From: Octopus sinensis
Lineage: Eukaryota
Direction of reading: 5' to 3'
Assembly (NCBI RefSeq): GCF_006345805.1
Contig: NC_043018.1
Span: 13,330,001-13,394,000 of the forward strand
Length of the DNA: 64,000 nt
Positions within the stretch are counted from its first letter, which is position 1; each line of letters opens with the position of its first letter. Shown here one piece after another: positions 52,191 to 64,000 of the stretch. Position numbers and translations under genes: made by a program. Under the pieces are notes generated by a model that saw only the letters and a program-made list of their open reading frames with translations, was not told the origin of the DNA and did not search any database.

Positions 52191-52639
52191 CTCTGTGGTG
52201 AGCAAGAATGAAACTTTTTGGGGCGTGGTGACATCGAATTCTTTCACTGACTTAATTGCTGCTTCGTTTCCGAGTCGTAGCATTGCTTTCGTCACCAGTG
52301 GTAACCTTTGAATAAAGGTCAGGATTAACTTTCCACAGTTCTTTCAGTTCACAACAGGATCAATCATTCAGCCATGGCTGCTTTTGATCTTCTGTGAACG
52401 AGCAAAGCACAAATTTTGCTGCAACTCTTTTCACTTGCTCTTCCTCACTCAAAATTCGTTGGCAGGAGCTCCAGGACTCTCCAGTCATATCAACAAGTTC
52501 GCCAGTTGTTAGGTGACGTTCCTCCAAGATCAGGTCATGAAATTTCGTGATGTTTTCATTCGATCGAGAGGTCGACGGTCACCTTGAACGAGGTTGGTCT
52601 TCAAGCGACATGTGACCATCCCTAAAGTGTGGAAACCAC

Positions 52640-53140
52640 CCGTAAACTTGTGTTTTGCCCATGAGCGTCCTTATAAGCTATTTGAGACATGATAACTGTT
52701 TCGGTGGCCGTTTTCCCCGGCAGCACGGTGTTCTTTCGGTCCAGCCATCTCAAAAATCGACGAAGAGGAGAGAAGCATTACAAAACAAAGACGCACCACG
52801 TGGAAGTAGGACGACACACAATGACGCCGCCGGTCGACAGACTGATGCCAGAGGGTCGCATCAAGTGACTCTACCTGCAGAAGCCTGAACTACAACGGGC
52901 TTGTCCTACAGAGAACGTTCGCGGTTACTTTTGGGTACCTCCTTGTATACTTTCGGCGAAGAGCTGGATTCGTCTTACACAAGACAGAAGTTGCGCAACA
53001 CGAGCCCAGAGGGCGCTAATGCACGCACGTTGGATGATTGCATGCAGGACGGTTTCGTCCTTCTGCATGCAACTCGCGCAGGTTCGGCTGTTGGTATTTT
53101 CATGCCTCAAGATCTGATCTCGAACAGGCAATGATCTTCT
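52640..53140 (-). mobile_element. L1/Tx1-like LINE 3' fragment (zf-RVT)
   Basis: ORF 52925-53131 reads PVRDQILRH...TCASCMQKDETVLHAIIQ, resembling the RT zinc-binding motif. Confidence 0.6.
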
Positions 53141-53199
53141 GTAGCACTGTCATGCCAAAAACCTTTGGAACCTGTCCATAGTCTTCAACCAGAAAGTTC

Positions 53200-53720
53200 T
53201 CTGGACACATGATACAATCATCGAGTCGAAAGAGTCGGAGAAATATAAGATTTTGTGGGACTTTCCTGTTCAAACAGACAAGAAGTTAGAAAATAATAGA
53301 ACAGACATAACGATTATAGATAAGGAGAAGCAAAGCTGCTTACTTATCGATCCATCATGCCCATTTGATTCCAGAATTGTAAAAAAAAAGAGGAAAACAA
53401 GAAAATACAATCCCTTAAAGTTTGAAATAGGAAGAATTTGGGGTATGCGAACAGTAAAGGTCGTGCCTATAATAATTGGTAGGCTGGGATCAGTAAGCAA
53501 AGATATACACAAATGGCTGGAGGAGACTGAAATAGAATGCCCGGTAGAGCTCCTACAGGAAGTCTGTCTCTTAGGGACAGCAAGGATTATCAGGAGGGTT
53601 CTAAGCATTTGAAAGACTGCTGAAAACTTGTGGACACCTAAGGTTACAGGAAGTAACCCGCTACCCAGATAATTCCTACCAGGAATAAGACCAAACCTAA
53701 GCCAAACCAAAATAATAGCA
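53200..53720 (+). mobile_element. Third RLE-type LINE 3' end
   Basis: ORF 53253 reads WDFPVQTDKKLENNRTDITIIDKEKQSCLLIDPSCPFD...KYNPLK...VVPIIIG.LG. Confidence 0.82.
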
Positions 53721-54112
53721 ATAATGCTTTTAATATGTATTTATATCTCTATTCGAACTTCCCAGATTTTATCAGATAAACTAACCTCATTGTTTATTGT
53801 TTGTATCTTATCAAATGTGACTTGTGTTACTTATTTCATTCTATAAGATATGAAAGAATTCACTAAAACTGTTGATAAATCTATTCCGGTTCGCTGTGTT
53901 TGTATTGATTCGACATTTTTCAGATTTTTGCAGCTTTAACATTTCAATTTCAGATAAACTACATCGGCTCTTATCATGTAACTAACTCCATACTTAAAAC
54001 ACATGCGCATGCACTTATACTCACAAACGCGCGCACACATATACATATATGCATTCACATGCACACGTATATGTGTGTGTGTGTGCGCACGTGTATAAAT
54101 ATGTATATATAT

Positions 54113-54197
<85 letters not shown>

Positions 54198-54454
54198 CTC
54201 AGTCAAATGATTGAAACCAATAAAAGAAGAACAAGCACACACACACACACACTTATAAATGTGAGTGTATGAGGTTATGTATGTGTGTTCGTTATATCGC
54301 ACGTTCGGATGGCGTGCCTTCGCCAATAACCTACCTCTACTCGACTACCGAACTCTCTCATCCGACGACTCGACTCAACAGAACTCGACATCTTGTCTAC
54401 CGACGGTTCCGGCTCACTCTACTCGACGCTTATTTTCTTTATTACAGGCATCTG

Positions 54455-54795
54455 AGACTCCCTTCAGTCATGAATGACCATGGGATTGCACCTAGAAAGT
54501 TCCCCCTCCGAGGCACAAGTCCGGGCAAGATTGTTTATGGAAGACCAGCAGTCGCTCATGCATAACGGCATCCCTTCTCCATGCCACCAGTGTTATCCAA
54601 GGGAAAGGCAAAAGGGCCGATACAGCTTGGCACCTGTGACATCGCAACTCATTTCTACAGCTGAATTAACTGGAGCAACATGAAATAAAGTGTCTTGCTC
54701 AAGAACACAACACACAGCCCGGTCCGGGATTCGAGCTCACAACCTCACAACCTCACGATCATAAGCTCGACGCTCTAACACTGAGCCATGCGCCT
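54455..54795 (-). mobile_element. tRNA-derived SINE, family 3
   Basis: Head GGCGCATGGCTCAGTGTTAGAGCG...TCGAATCCC with A/B boxes. Related heads at about 21205-21320 (+) and 41150-41475 (-). Confidence 0.7.
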
Positions 54796-54799
54796 ATTA

Positions 54800-55690
54800 T
54801 AGGGATAAATCCCGAACGAGGACAGACAACAGAAAACGTGGGGTACATAGAACGAAGCGTATGAAATATGAATTTAAAGAATTAAAGAATGAAAAAATGC
54901 AATGGCTTACCCACTCCCCAAAGCGAGCAGTTCCATTTTACTGTTCCAATAAATCGAAATTTCATCAGTCTTTTATACGATTTTACATATTTCGCATGTA
55001 ATCCGTCATCAAACTCGACAACATTCGCGAATGTCTCGTACTGAAAGAACAGTCCAGTTTTCCTTATTCTTGTCCAGTTTTCCTTATTCTTGTCCAGTTT
55101 TCCTTATTCTTGTCCAGTTCTCCTTATTCTTGTTCCAAACAATTCCATCAATTTCTCGACTCTCTCTCTCTCTCTCCAACAGTACTGCTCTTTCCTCGCG
55201 ACCAAACACCTCTTCATCCAGTCGTACCCTTATTACGGTAAATTCTTCACCTTTGCAATCTTTTCCTCAATTCCCAAATTCTTATCGTAAATTCTCGTCG
55301 TTCTTCAGTGTCGTCCAATCGGTGGCTTCCTTTGCCTCACATATTCCATTCTCCTCCTTACTTCCTCTTTCCACTCCTCATATTTCTCCTCCCTGTTTAT
55401 TTCTTCTCTCCTACTTATTGTTGGCTCTGGTTCTGGGGTTCGATTTTCACTCTCGTCTCTTTTCTCTTCTAAATTTTTTTCCCTTGTACTTTTCCCGCTT
55501 TTCCCTTCTTTCTCGGGCGTTTTGGCGCTGACTCCGCACTTGTTCTTTTTCTGTCTCCTACTATTTCCTCATCCTTCTTTTCCTCTACCACTATTACTGC
55601 TTCCACCTCTGCCTGGTTCTCCGTTCTTTCCTCTTTTCTCTGGGGACACCTTGCCTTCATGTGTCCCCTTGTACCGCAATTATAACATAT
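54800..55690 (-). mobile_element. Retrotransposon ORF1/gag fragment with CCHC zinc knuckle
   Basis: The minus strand at 55640-55690 translates ICYNCGTRGHMKARCPQ (C-X2-C-X4-H-X4-C). Contains a 20-bp x4 tandem repeat at 55051-55130 and is cut by a SINE at 55690. Confidence 0.7.
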
Positions 55691-56173
55691 TGACTGCGGC
55701 CATGCTGGAGCACCGCCTTTAGTCGAGCAAATCGACCCCAGGACTTATTCTTTGTAAGCCTAGTACTTATTCTATCGGTCTCTTTTGCCGAACCGCTAAG
55801 TTACGGGGACGTAAACACACCAGCATCAGTTGTCAAGCGATGTTGGGGGTACAGACACAGACACACAAACACACACACACACACATACACATACATACAT
55901 ATACATATATACGTCGGGCTTCTTTCAGTTTCCGTCTACCAAATCCACTCACAAGGTGTTGGTCGGCCCGAGGCTATAGTAGAAGGCACTTGCCCAAGGT
56001 GCCACGCAGTGGGACTGAACCCGGAACCATGTGGTTGGTAAGCAAGATACTTGCCACACAGCCACTCCTACGCCTATGTGTGTAACGAATTTCATTAGAA
56101 CGACTGTGATTTAGAAAAAGTGAAGTAAAAGATATTTTAAAAGCATACTTTTCTGTTTGTAATCATGCTTATT

Positions 56174-56271
<98 letters not shown>

Positions 56272-57107
56272 GCTTTATGTGGGGTGGAGGTTAAATATTT
56301 AAATGACAAGCTTTTTCGTTGTTGCTTAAATCCCAGCAATGGACCAGCGCATCATCATTCCATAAAATGTGTTTAAGAGGAGAAAAATATTGAAAAATCA
56401 TGAACACATGTCAGAGTGACAAAGAAACGAGGAAGGTACCCGGTAGTCGTTGGATGTGCTAGAAACAACAGCTAAATCTTCCTTAAATCGCACACCTTTC
56501 CGTCTGAAAATTATTTTGAAATTATAAAGAGAAACAAATTACAGATTCGGACCGTCCGTAATTTTAAAATCATGATTTAAAAAAACAGATCGAAAAAAAG
56601 CCGAAATTTTAAGATTTTTGGAGGGATGGGATTAATGAAAGGAATAAAAAAATGGTTTCACTATTGTTTCGAAATAAAGTTTCATTTTCTCTCTGAAAAT
56701 AAAGAAAGTGGGGATTGCGATGGTAATCGCCGATTTCCAAAAGCAAAAGGGCCAAATCGTTTCTGAGTGGAGGAGGAGTGTCTGAAAAAATACATTTTCA
56801 AAAACCTTTTTCTACCGAGAAACGAACCCCCCCCCCAAAAAAAAAACGAAAATCAAAAAAGACAAAATCGGTCCGGAAAAGGGAAGAGAGATTCATATAT
56901 TTTCAAGACAGTTTTTCATTAAGAAAAGCTTCTCCCATCATTTGGCAAGGGTGTGGAGATAAAAATATTTGAAAACTCATCGTTAAAACGGAGATGATAC
57001 AGTTTATGTGGTTGTGCTATTGCGAATGTCTGCCAAGGCATTCAATTGTGAAAATTACCTGGCAAGGATGCGATACTCAGCCAGTATATACAGTAATCTC
57101 TCGCCAT

Positions 57108-57228
57108 ATCGCGGTTCACCAATCGCGGTTCACCAATCGCGGTTCACCAATCGCGGTTCACCTATCGCGGTTCACCAATCGCGGTTCACTAATCACGGTT
57201 CACCAATCGCGGTTCACCAATCGCGGTT
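57108..57228. repeat. 14-bp minisatellite (ATCGCGGTTCACCA) x about 8.6 within a Tigger-like end
   Basis: Seen directly, immediately after TACAGTAATCTCTCGCCAT. Confidence 0.9.
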
Positions 57229-58120
57229 TATTATCTAAGCTTACCTCGATTCCTCCGTCGTGTTGTTTTGCATTTACTATAAAATAAATATATACAAATT
57301 ATAAAAATGATTTAAAAAGTATACAGTACAGTACTGTTTATACTTCACGGATTTTCACCTATCGCGGAAGTTTTTGGAACCTAACACTTGCCATTGTCAA
57401 GGAAGATAGGAAGAATATCCTTCTGATCTTCCCCTCTTTCTCCTTTACTAAAAAAAAACAAAACAAAATTTCTTCTATTCTAAACAAAACAAAATAAAAT
57501 ACCCTTTTTCGATTCATAAAAAGCCGAAGAAACTTTCTGTTTTATCATCTTGGATTTACTTTTTTGAAGAATTCGGTTAAACGGATGAAAGCGCTAATAA
57601 AGAAATATGGAAAATTCTGACTGCCTTCTTAATCTATATATAGAGAGCTGAAGTTGTCTGTGCGTGTGGCAGGTGTTGGTAGCCTCCAACTAACACTACC
57701 TCCTTTGAGACCCTGCGGCGCAAGTTGACCAAAATTGAGAGTATGATAGAAGAAGGCTTGCTCTTCATTCCGTAGAAGATAAAATTAAAATCGGACCATG
57801 TTAAGAACAAAAATTATTTACATCAAAAAGGGGCTTTTTTTTTCTATGAAAATCCCTATTTCTTTCGATGTTTTGACTGCTGTGTCGCCATTTTTCGGTG
57901 TATTTCCACCAGAAAAATGTTCACTTAAAGAGAATAACAAGCTACATAATGCAAAATTTTTACTTTTCAAAAATTCCAATTCTAAAGGGTTGAAACAAAC
58001 CCGAGCAACGCCGGGCGATACTGCTAGTATGTATATATAGTGCAAATTTACAGAAAATAAAAGACGAAGATAGGTGGGGGAACAACAAACAGGTGTAAAG
58101 CTCGGGAAGAATGGAAAAGT

Positions 58121-58156
58121 CTTTGATGTTTTGAGCCTACGCTCTTCGACAGAAAA
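58121..58156 (-). ncRNA. Degenerate minimal hammerhead-like motif, same family as 2340-2375
   Basis: Minus strand reads TTTT-CTGTCGA-A-GAGC-GTAG-GCTC-AAAACAT-C-AAAG. Flanking sequence resembles the 2340-2470 region. Confidence 0.4.
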
Positions 58157-59870
58157 GGTTGAGGGGAAAGGCTAAATACTGTTGTCATGCTGGGGCACCG
58201 CCACTGTTATCACCTTCTCAGTGGCCAGTCTTTCGGTGCCAACCTCTCCAGAGTCTCCCATACGTATATCACTGCATATCTCTTCCGTCTTCGCCACAGA
58301 GAGTTGAATTGTAGTTCTTTTAGCCCCCACCCCCTGTAGCTCTCGGGTGTAGCACCACTGAGCTGCCTCAAGTTCAGCTGTTAATTTCACACTGTGCGGT
58401 GACCACAGTTGAGGGCAGTAGACCACGCAGCTGAGGACAAATGTTCTTCATAGAACCGGTATAGTTTCCTGGTCCCTTGTCCTGAAAGTTCTCAGAATCA
58501 GTCTAACCATTTTCGTGCTCATTGCTACCATCTCACTGGTAGGCACATGAAACGAGGCATTAGTGTTCATATTAATCATCAGATAAAGCATTCTACTTGA
58601 CCCTGGAATTGCAGCTCCTTTTGGTCCAAATTATCTTTGCTGCAGCGTGTTAAGCGGGAAGTGGGGGCTTGGAATTTTCCTGCATTAAATTGCAAGTTTT
58701 TTTTTCAGTCCATTCATATATGGCATCTAGGTCTTTCTCCAGAAGATTAGCATCGAGAGGTTCCTTGGTTGCTTGTACTACTTCTGTATCATCGGCATAC
58801 TAGTGAGTGTGGCTGTCTGTAAATGAAGCCATGTCCGATAGAGCTACCATGGATCACAGCGACTACAAGGCAGTTCTCTGAGGCACTCCACTCGCTATTA
58901 CTATCTCCCTGGAGAGGGCCCGTTGGCTAACACAGCCTAGCTTCTCTCTTTTAAGAAGTCATGTAACAACTCTCCCGGGTCTCCGTAGCTTGTGACATAT
59001 CATCCCATGATCAATCTTATCAAAAGCATTCGCAAAATCGAATCCACGTTTGAGCGATTTATTAGTTGTTCAAATACAGAAATAATGCTGAAGAAGCTGT
59101 ACAAGACAGCTTCTTCCTGAGTGGAAGTCGTGCTCGATGTCAGGGAGCAAGTAATTATCTCCTAGGAACGTGATCAGCTTCTTCCAGACATTGTATTCCT
59201 AGATGTTGATGATATGTGAGGTTAGAGAGACAGGCCAATAATTGTTAGCATCTGCTCTGCCACTTCTTTTGTGGCTATGACATATCATGCTTTACTTAAA
59301 TTCCTTTAATCAATAAATTCCATCTCTTTGTGTAGAACTGAAGTGTCGAAGAACTCATCAGGCAAAATTATTTGCAAGCGTCCTAACAGAGATGGGAAAA
59401 CACTTTTGTGTTACACATTCAATATTTCACTAATCCTCTGGGGGGCACTGCAGTCGGTGAGCTGTTTTCTTCGCACAGTGGCCCTAACTTGTATCGTACT
59501 GAAGCAGATTTGCAAGTCTACAGAAAGCTTTAGGGTTTGCCTTTACCTTCTTTACAATCCTGAGTTCTTTCTCTGCCCTCTCCTTTTCAAGGGAGTCTTT
59601 GAGTTCACTTTCAATCGCAAGCAGTTTGTGACTGGATTCTGTGCTTTCCTTCTTGGACAGTTTGAAATCTTTGCTCGTCGTTACATTAGAATCTTCCTAT
59701 CCCTGGGAATTATGTTTTGTTTTTGTTGGTTTGACATTCAGGAGCAAATTTACTGCATATGTCATGCATGATTGTCACAAAGTTCTGTCGTTTTATGTCA
59801 ATATCTCGTGTAGAGAGACTCGTCGACCAGTTTTGTTCATTAGTCTCATTCTGACAGACTGGCTCGACAT
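58140..59870 (-). mobile_element. Decayed CR1/L2-like LINE
   Basis: Minus-strand RT segments DFANAFDKIDHGMICHK (about 59000-59040) and YADDT (about 58785-58800). Confidence 0.72.
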
Positions 59871-60710
59871 GACTTGGCGGAGGGATGAAATGTTGTACTC
59901 ATACCCAGGAGTAGTTAAGTCGATTTACATCGACCTCAGTGCTCACCTGGTTCTTATTTTATTGACCTCGAAAGAATGAAAAGCAAGTCGACCTCACCAA
60001 AATTTGAAACCAGAAAGTAAAAACGTCCGAAATACCTATTTTTTTTTACTACCCACAAGGGCCTAAACGCAGAGAGGACAAACAAGGATAGACGAACGGA
60101 TTAAGTCGATTATATCGACCCCAGTGCGTAACTGGTACTTATTTAATCGACCCAGAATGGATGAAAGGCAAAGTCGACCTCGGCGGAATTTGAAATCAGA
60201 ACGTAGCGGCAGACGAAATACCTATTTCTTTATTACCCACAAGGGGCTAAACACAGAGGGAACAAACAAGGACAGACATAGGTATTAAGTCGATTACATC
60301 GACCCCAGTGCGTAACTGGTACTTAATTTATCGACCCCGAAAGGATGAAAGGCAAAGTTGACCTCGGCTGAATTTGAACTGACAACGTAACGCAGACGAA
60401 ATACCGCTAAGCATTTCGCCCGGCGTGCTAACGATTCTGCCATCATATCTATCTGATGGTCATACCACAACAATAACATTTTGTCGGTTATATCACAGTG
60501 ATATCACATCTGTATGAGGATCTGACGTAATGGTGATTGTCTGTATGATTATGATATTACAGAATGTGTGAGAGTCTGCCATAAAAAATGTCATTAGGAA
60601 GTCACGTCAAACTGGTGACATACTTCGTTTGTTAGTCATATCACTGACTCAGAGAATCAAGTCATAACAGAGGTAATATTTATCTCCACTTAAATGTTGA
60701 GTTAGAACAT

Positions 60711-60766
<56 letters not shown>

Positions 60767-60825
60767 TAGATAGATAGATATAGAGTAATATGCTTTATTT
60801 TAAGCAGCAGAAAATTCAATAAAAT

Positions 60826-60863
60826 CTGTTACTCTGAGTTTCTCGTTGCCGTTCATCAGACAG
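60826..60863 (-). ncRNA. Type I hammerhead-like motif inside a long inverted repeat
   Basis: Minus strand reads CTGT-CTGATGA-ACGGCAACGA-GAA-ACTCAGAGT-A-ACAG. Helix II is weak (A.A mismatch), the triplet is GUA, and perfect 29-bp arms flank it at 60781-60809 and 60868-60896. Confidence 0.65.
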
Positions 60864-60974
60864 TTTTTGCTGCTTAAAATAAAGCATATTACTCTACCAC
60901 TGGTATTTGAGTACTCTTTTTTCCACCTTGTTTCACATTTATGTGTTTACTCCGGTGTAGATAGATATAGATAT

Positions 60975-61450
<476 letters not shown>

Positions 61451-61510
61451 CAAGTAAAAGAGTAAAAGAGAATATATATATATATAATATTAATTAGAGA
61501 CAAACCATAT

Positions 61511-61611
<101 letters not shown>

Positions 61612-62169
61612 CGCAGCGTGGCTGTGTGGTAAGAAACTTGCTTACCAACTACCTGTTTCTGGGTTCAGTCCCACTGCGTGGTTGCGTGGCACCTTAGGCA
61701 AGTGTCTTGTACTATAGCCTCGGGTCGACCAAAGCCTTGTGAGTGGATTTGGTACGTGGAAGCTGAAAGAAGCCCGTCGTATATACACGTATGTATGTAT
61801 GTGCGTCTGTGTTTGTCACCCCACCATCGCTTGACAACCGATGCTTGTGTGTTTACGTCTCCGTAACTTAGCGGTTCGACAAAAGAGATCCGATAAAATA
61901 ATTACTAGGCTTCCAAAGAATAAGTCCTGGGGCTGCTCCAGCATGGCTCTAGCCAAATGAATGAAACAAGCAAAAGAATGAAAGAATATATGTATATGTA
62001 CACACACACACACACACACATACGTTAATATCGAACGATAAGAATGGCGGCCCAACACCGCATTGATGGATAAATATTATTTTCTATAGGTTAACGTCCC
62101 AAAAGAAATGCTCGATAATTGTTGAGAGATTTCTGTCGGTGTGAAACCAATGACAGCCTTGTCAACCCA

Positions 62170-62316
62170 CAAACAAGTATACACACATACATACATACAT
62201 ACATACATACACACATACATACATACATACATACACACACACATACATACATACATACATACACACACTCACACATACATACATACATACATACACACAT
62301 ACATACATACACACAC

Positions 62317-62347
<31 letters not shown>

Positions 62348-62481
62348 TACATACATAACATACATACATACATACATACAAACATACATAACATACATAC
62401 ATACACATACATACATACACACATACATACACACAAATACATATATACAAACATACATACATACATACATACATACAAACA

Positions 62482-62516
<35 letters not shown>

Positions 62517-62531
62517 GTATATATATATATA

Positions 62532-62570
<39 letters not shown>
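62170..62570. repeat. Compound (TACA)n/(CA)n/(TA)n microsatellite
   Basis: Seen directly. Similar tracts occur at about 22945-23110 and 41835-42080. Confidence 0.9.
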
Positions 62571-62573
<3 letters not shown>

Positions 62574-62999
62574 GTTTTATGGAAATATGTGAGTGGATCT
62601 TCTTAGTTAATACCGCGGCCTTGATGTCGTTTTGGGGGTGCTGGATGTCTGCATGCATGTATGTGCAATCGGTTGGGTTTCTCTGTTTTTCCATGTGTAT
62701 AGTTACGATTATACCTTTTATATTATTTATTTATGATTTGGCTGTGTATGTGGCTATGTACGTGTATGGGTGTATGTGTGTGTGTATACATATAATTATG
62801 TATGTATGTGCGCTGGATCTGTGGATGTGCGTGTGCGTATGTGCATTTCTTGACTAACTAACCGTAAAATTTCCATTGTGATTCAAATTTAAAACTATAA
62901 GCCAATCGAATCTATCTAGAATAATCAATATCAAGCGGACAGATGAATTAGACTTATTGATATGTAGATGTCCGCTTGCTGTACTTGGTACATTCATGG

Positions 63000-63034
<35 letters not shown>

Positions 63035-63351
63035 ATTAATATTAATTTTATTGACTTTTTGTAGGGTTATACATTTTAATGAACTGAACTGTTTTTTTAT
63101 ATATATATGTCTGCTTTAAATTTAAATGTGAGTGTTATGTATTTCCTTGATGTTAGTTATGGAACTAGGAGTCCAATATGGAAAATAACTGTGTTTGTTA
63201 ATGTATACTGATATATTTTGTTTTATATATTATTGTTTAATGTGTATATGTATGTATATAGATATGTATAGAATTATGAGTGTCTATGCACACATTTTTA
63301 TATTTTATATTTTTATATTTATATGTAAATTTTTTTCACACTTATATTAAT

Positions 63352-63462
63352 TCTCTGAAGAGGCCGTGGGACATCCTTGTTAATGTCTCATTTATACCTG
63401 CTTTATATGGCTAATAGGTTAAATGAGACATACTTGTCCTCACGGCCGAAACAGCTGTCAGA
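63352..63462 (+). ncRNA. Type I hammerhead ribozyme motif with canonical core and extended helix II (Penelope-like-element type)
   Basis: TCT-CTGAAGA-GGCCGTG...CACGGCC-GAA-ACAGCTGT-C-AGA. All core nucleotides are canonical, the cleavage triplet is GUC (cut after 63459) and helix III is palindromic. Confidence 0.8.
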
Positions 63463-63637
63463 TATGATGTAATTGTATTTTATATTTCTACTTTTATGTC
63501 TAGTTATATTTACAATATATTATGTTTAATGTCTTTGCTGTTATGTAATGGTGTAATAAAGTATTGAATGGGTATTATCTGATGGTTGATGATTGATTGA
63601 TTTAAGTATGTTTCTCCATTTTCTAATTTTGTATATG

Positions 63638-63695
<58 letters not shown>

Positions 63696-64000
63696 TTATA
63701 ATATATATACTATATATATATATAATTAAGATTCAGTTGAATTAGGTACTTAAACTGAGGCACCTCATTTCGTCAGAATAAGACACACACACAACAATAT
63801 TATGTAAATATTTAAGTTGGTACATAAGTACCGGCCGAATGATATTCTTGCAGTGTATGTGAGCAATTAGACTCAGCTGAGTGAAGAAATCTGTTCTTCA
63901 GCTATTCCGGCATGTACGACATATGGTCTGTAATATTTATGAAGGATGGATTCTGAGACAGGTGAATAAAATATAAATGAGTAACAGTAGAGGTACAGGT

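Noticed and set aside
63745-63780. Minus-strand CTGACGA followed by the hairpin TGAGG/CCTCA
   Set aside because: Followed by GTTT instead of GAAA, with no helix I/III complement, so it is not a hammerhead.

Overview
Eukaryotic, AT-rich, microsatellite- and transposon-dense genomic DNA. The SINE, LINE and microsatellite content looks like an Octopus (coleoid cephalopod) genome, which is an inference. Two convergent protein-coding genes can be reconstructed by hand from splice sites and reading phase. (1) The last five coding exons of an inositol polyphosphate 4-phosphatase (INPP4A/B-like, + strand, 255-7051), with the catalytic C(X)5R motif CKSGKDR. (2) A chitin synthase (- strand, 12 coding exons from 48307 down to 23129, 4966 nt, about 1654 aa), with the CATMWHE, LDGD, GEDRW, QRRRW and WGTR motifs, one non-canonical GC-AG intron and an unresolved N-terminus. 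The rest is tRNA-derived SINEs, RTE, CR1, Tx1 and RLE-type (R4/Dong-like) LINE fragments, mariner, pogo and hAT remnants and MITEs, and simple repeats. Most ORF-track entries are microsatellite or transposon artefacts. The most notable non-coding signal is six type I hammerhead-ribozyme-like motifs of the Penelope-like-element kind, from about four sequence families. One has a fully canonical core with an unusual 86-nt extended helix II (63352-63462), and one sits inside a perfect 29-bp inverted repeat (60781-60896). Several long intronic hairpins are also present. Transposon boundaries are approximate unless TIR or TSD coordinates are stated.
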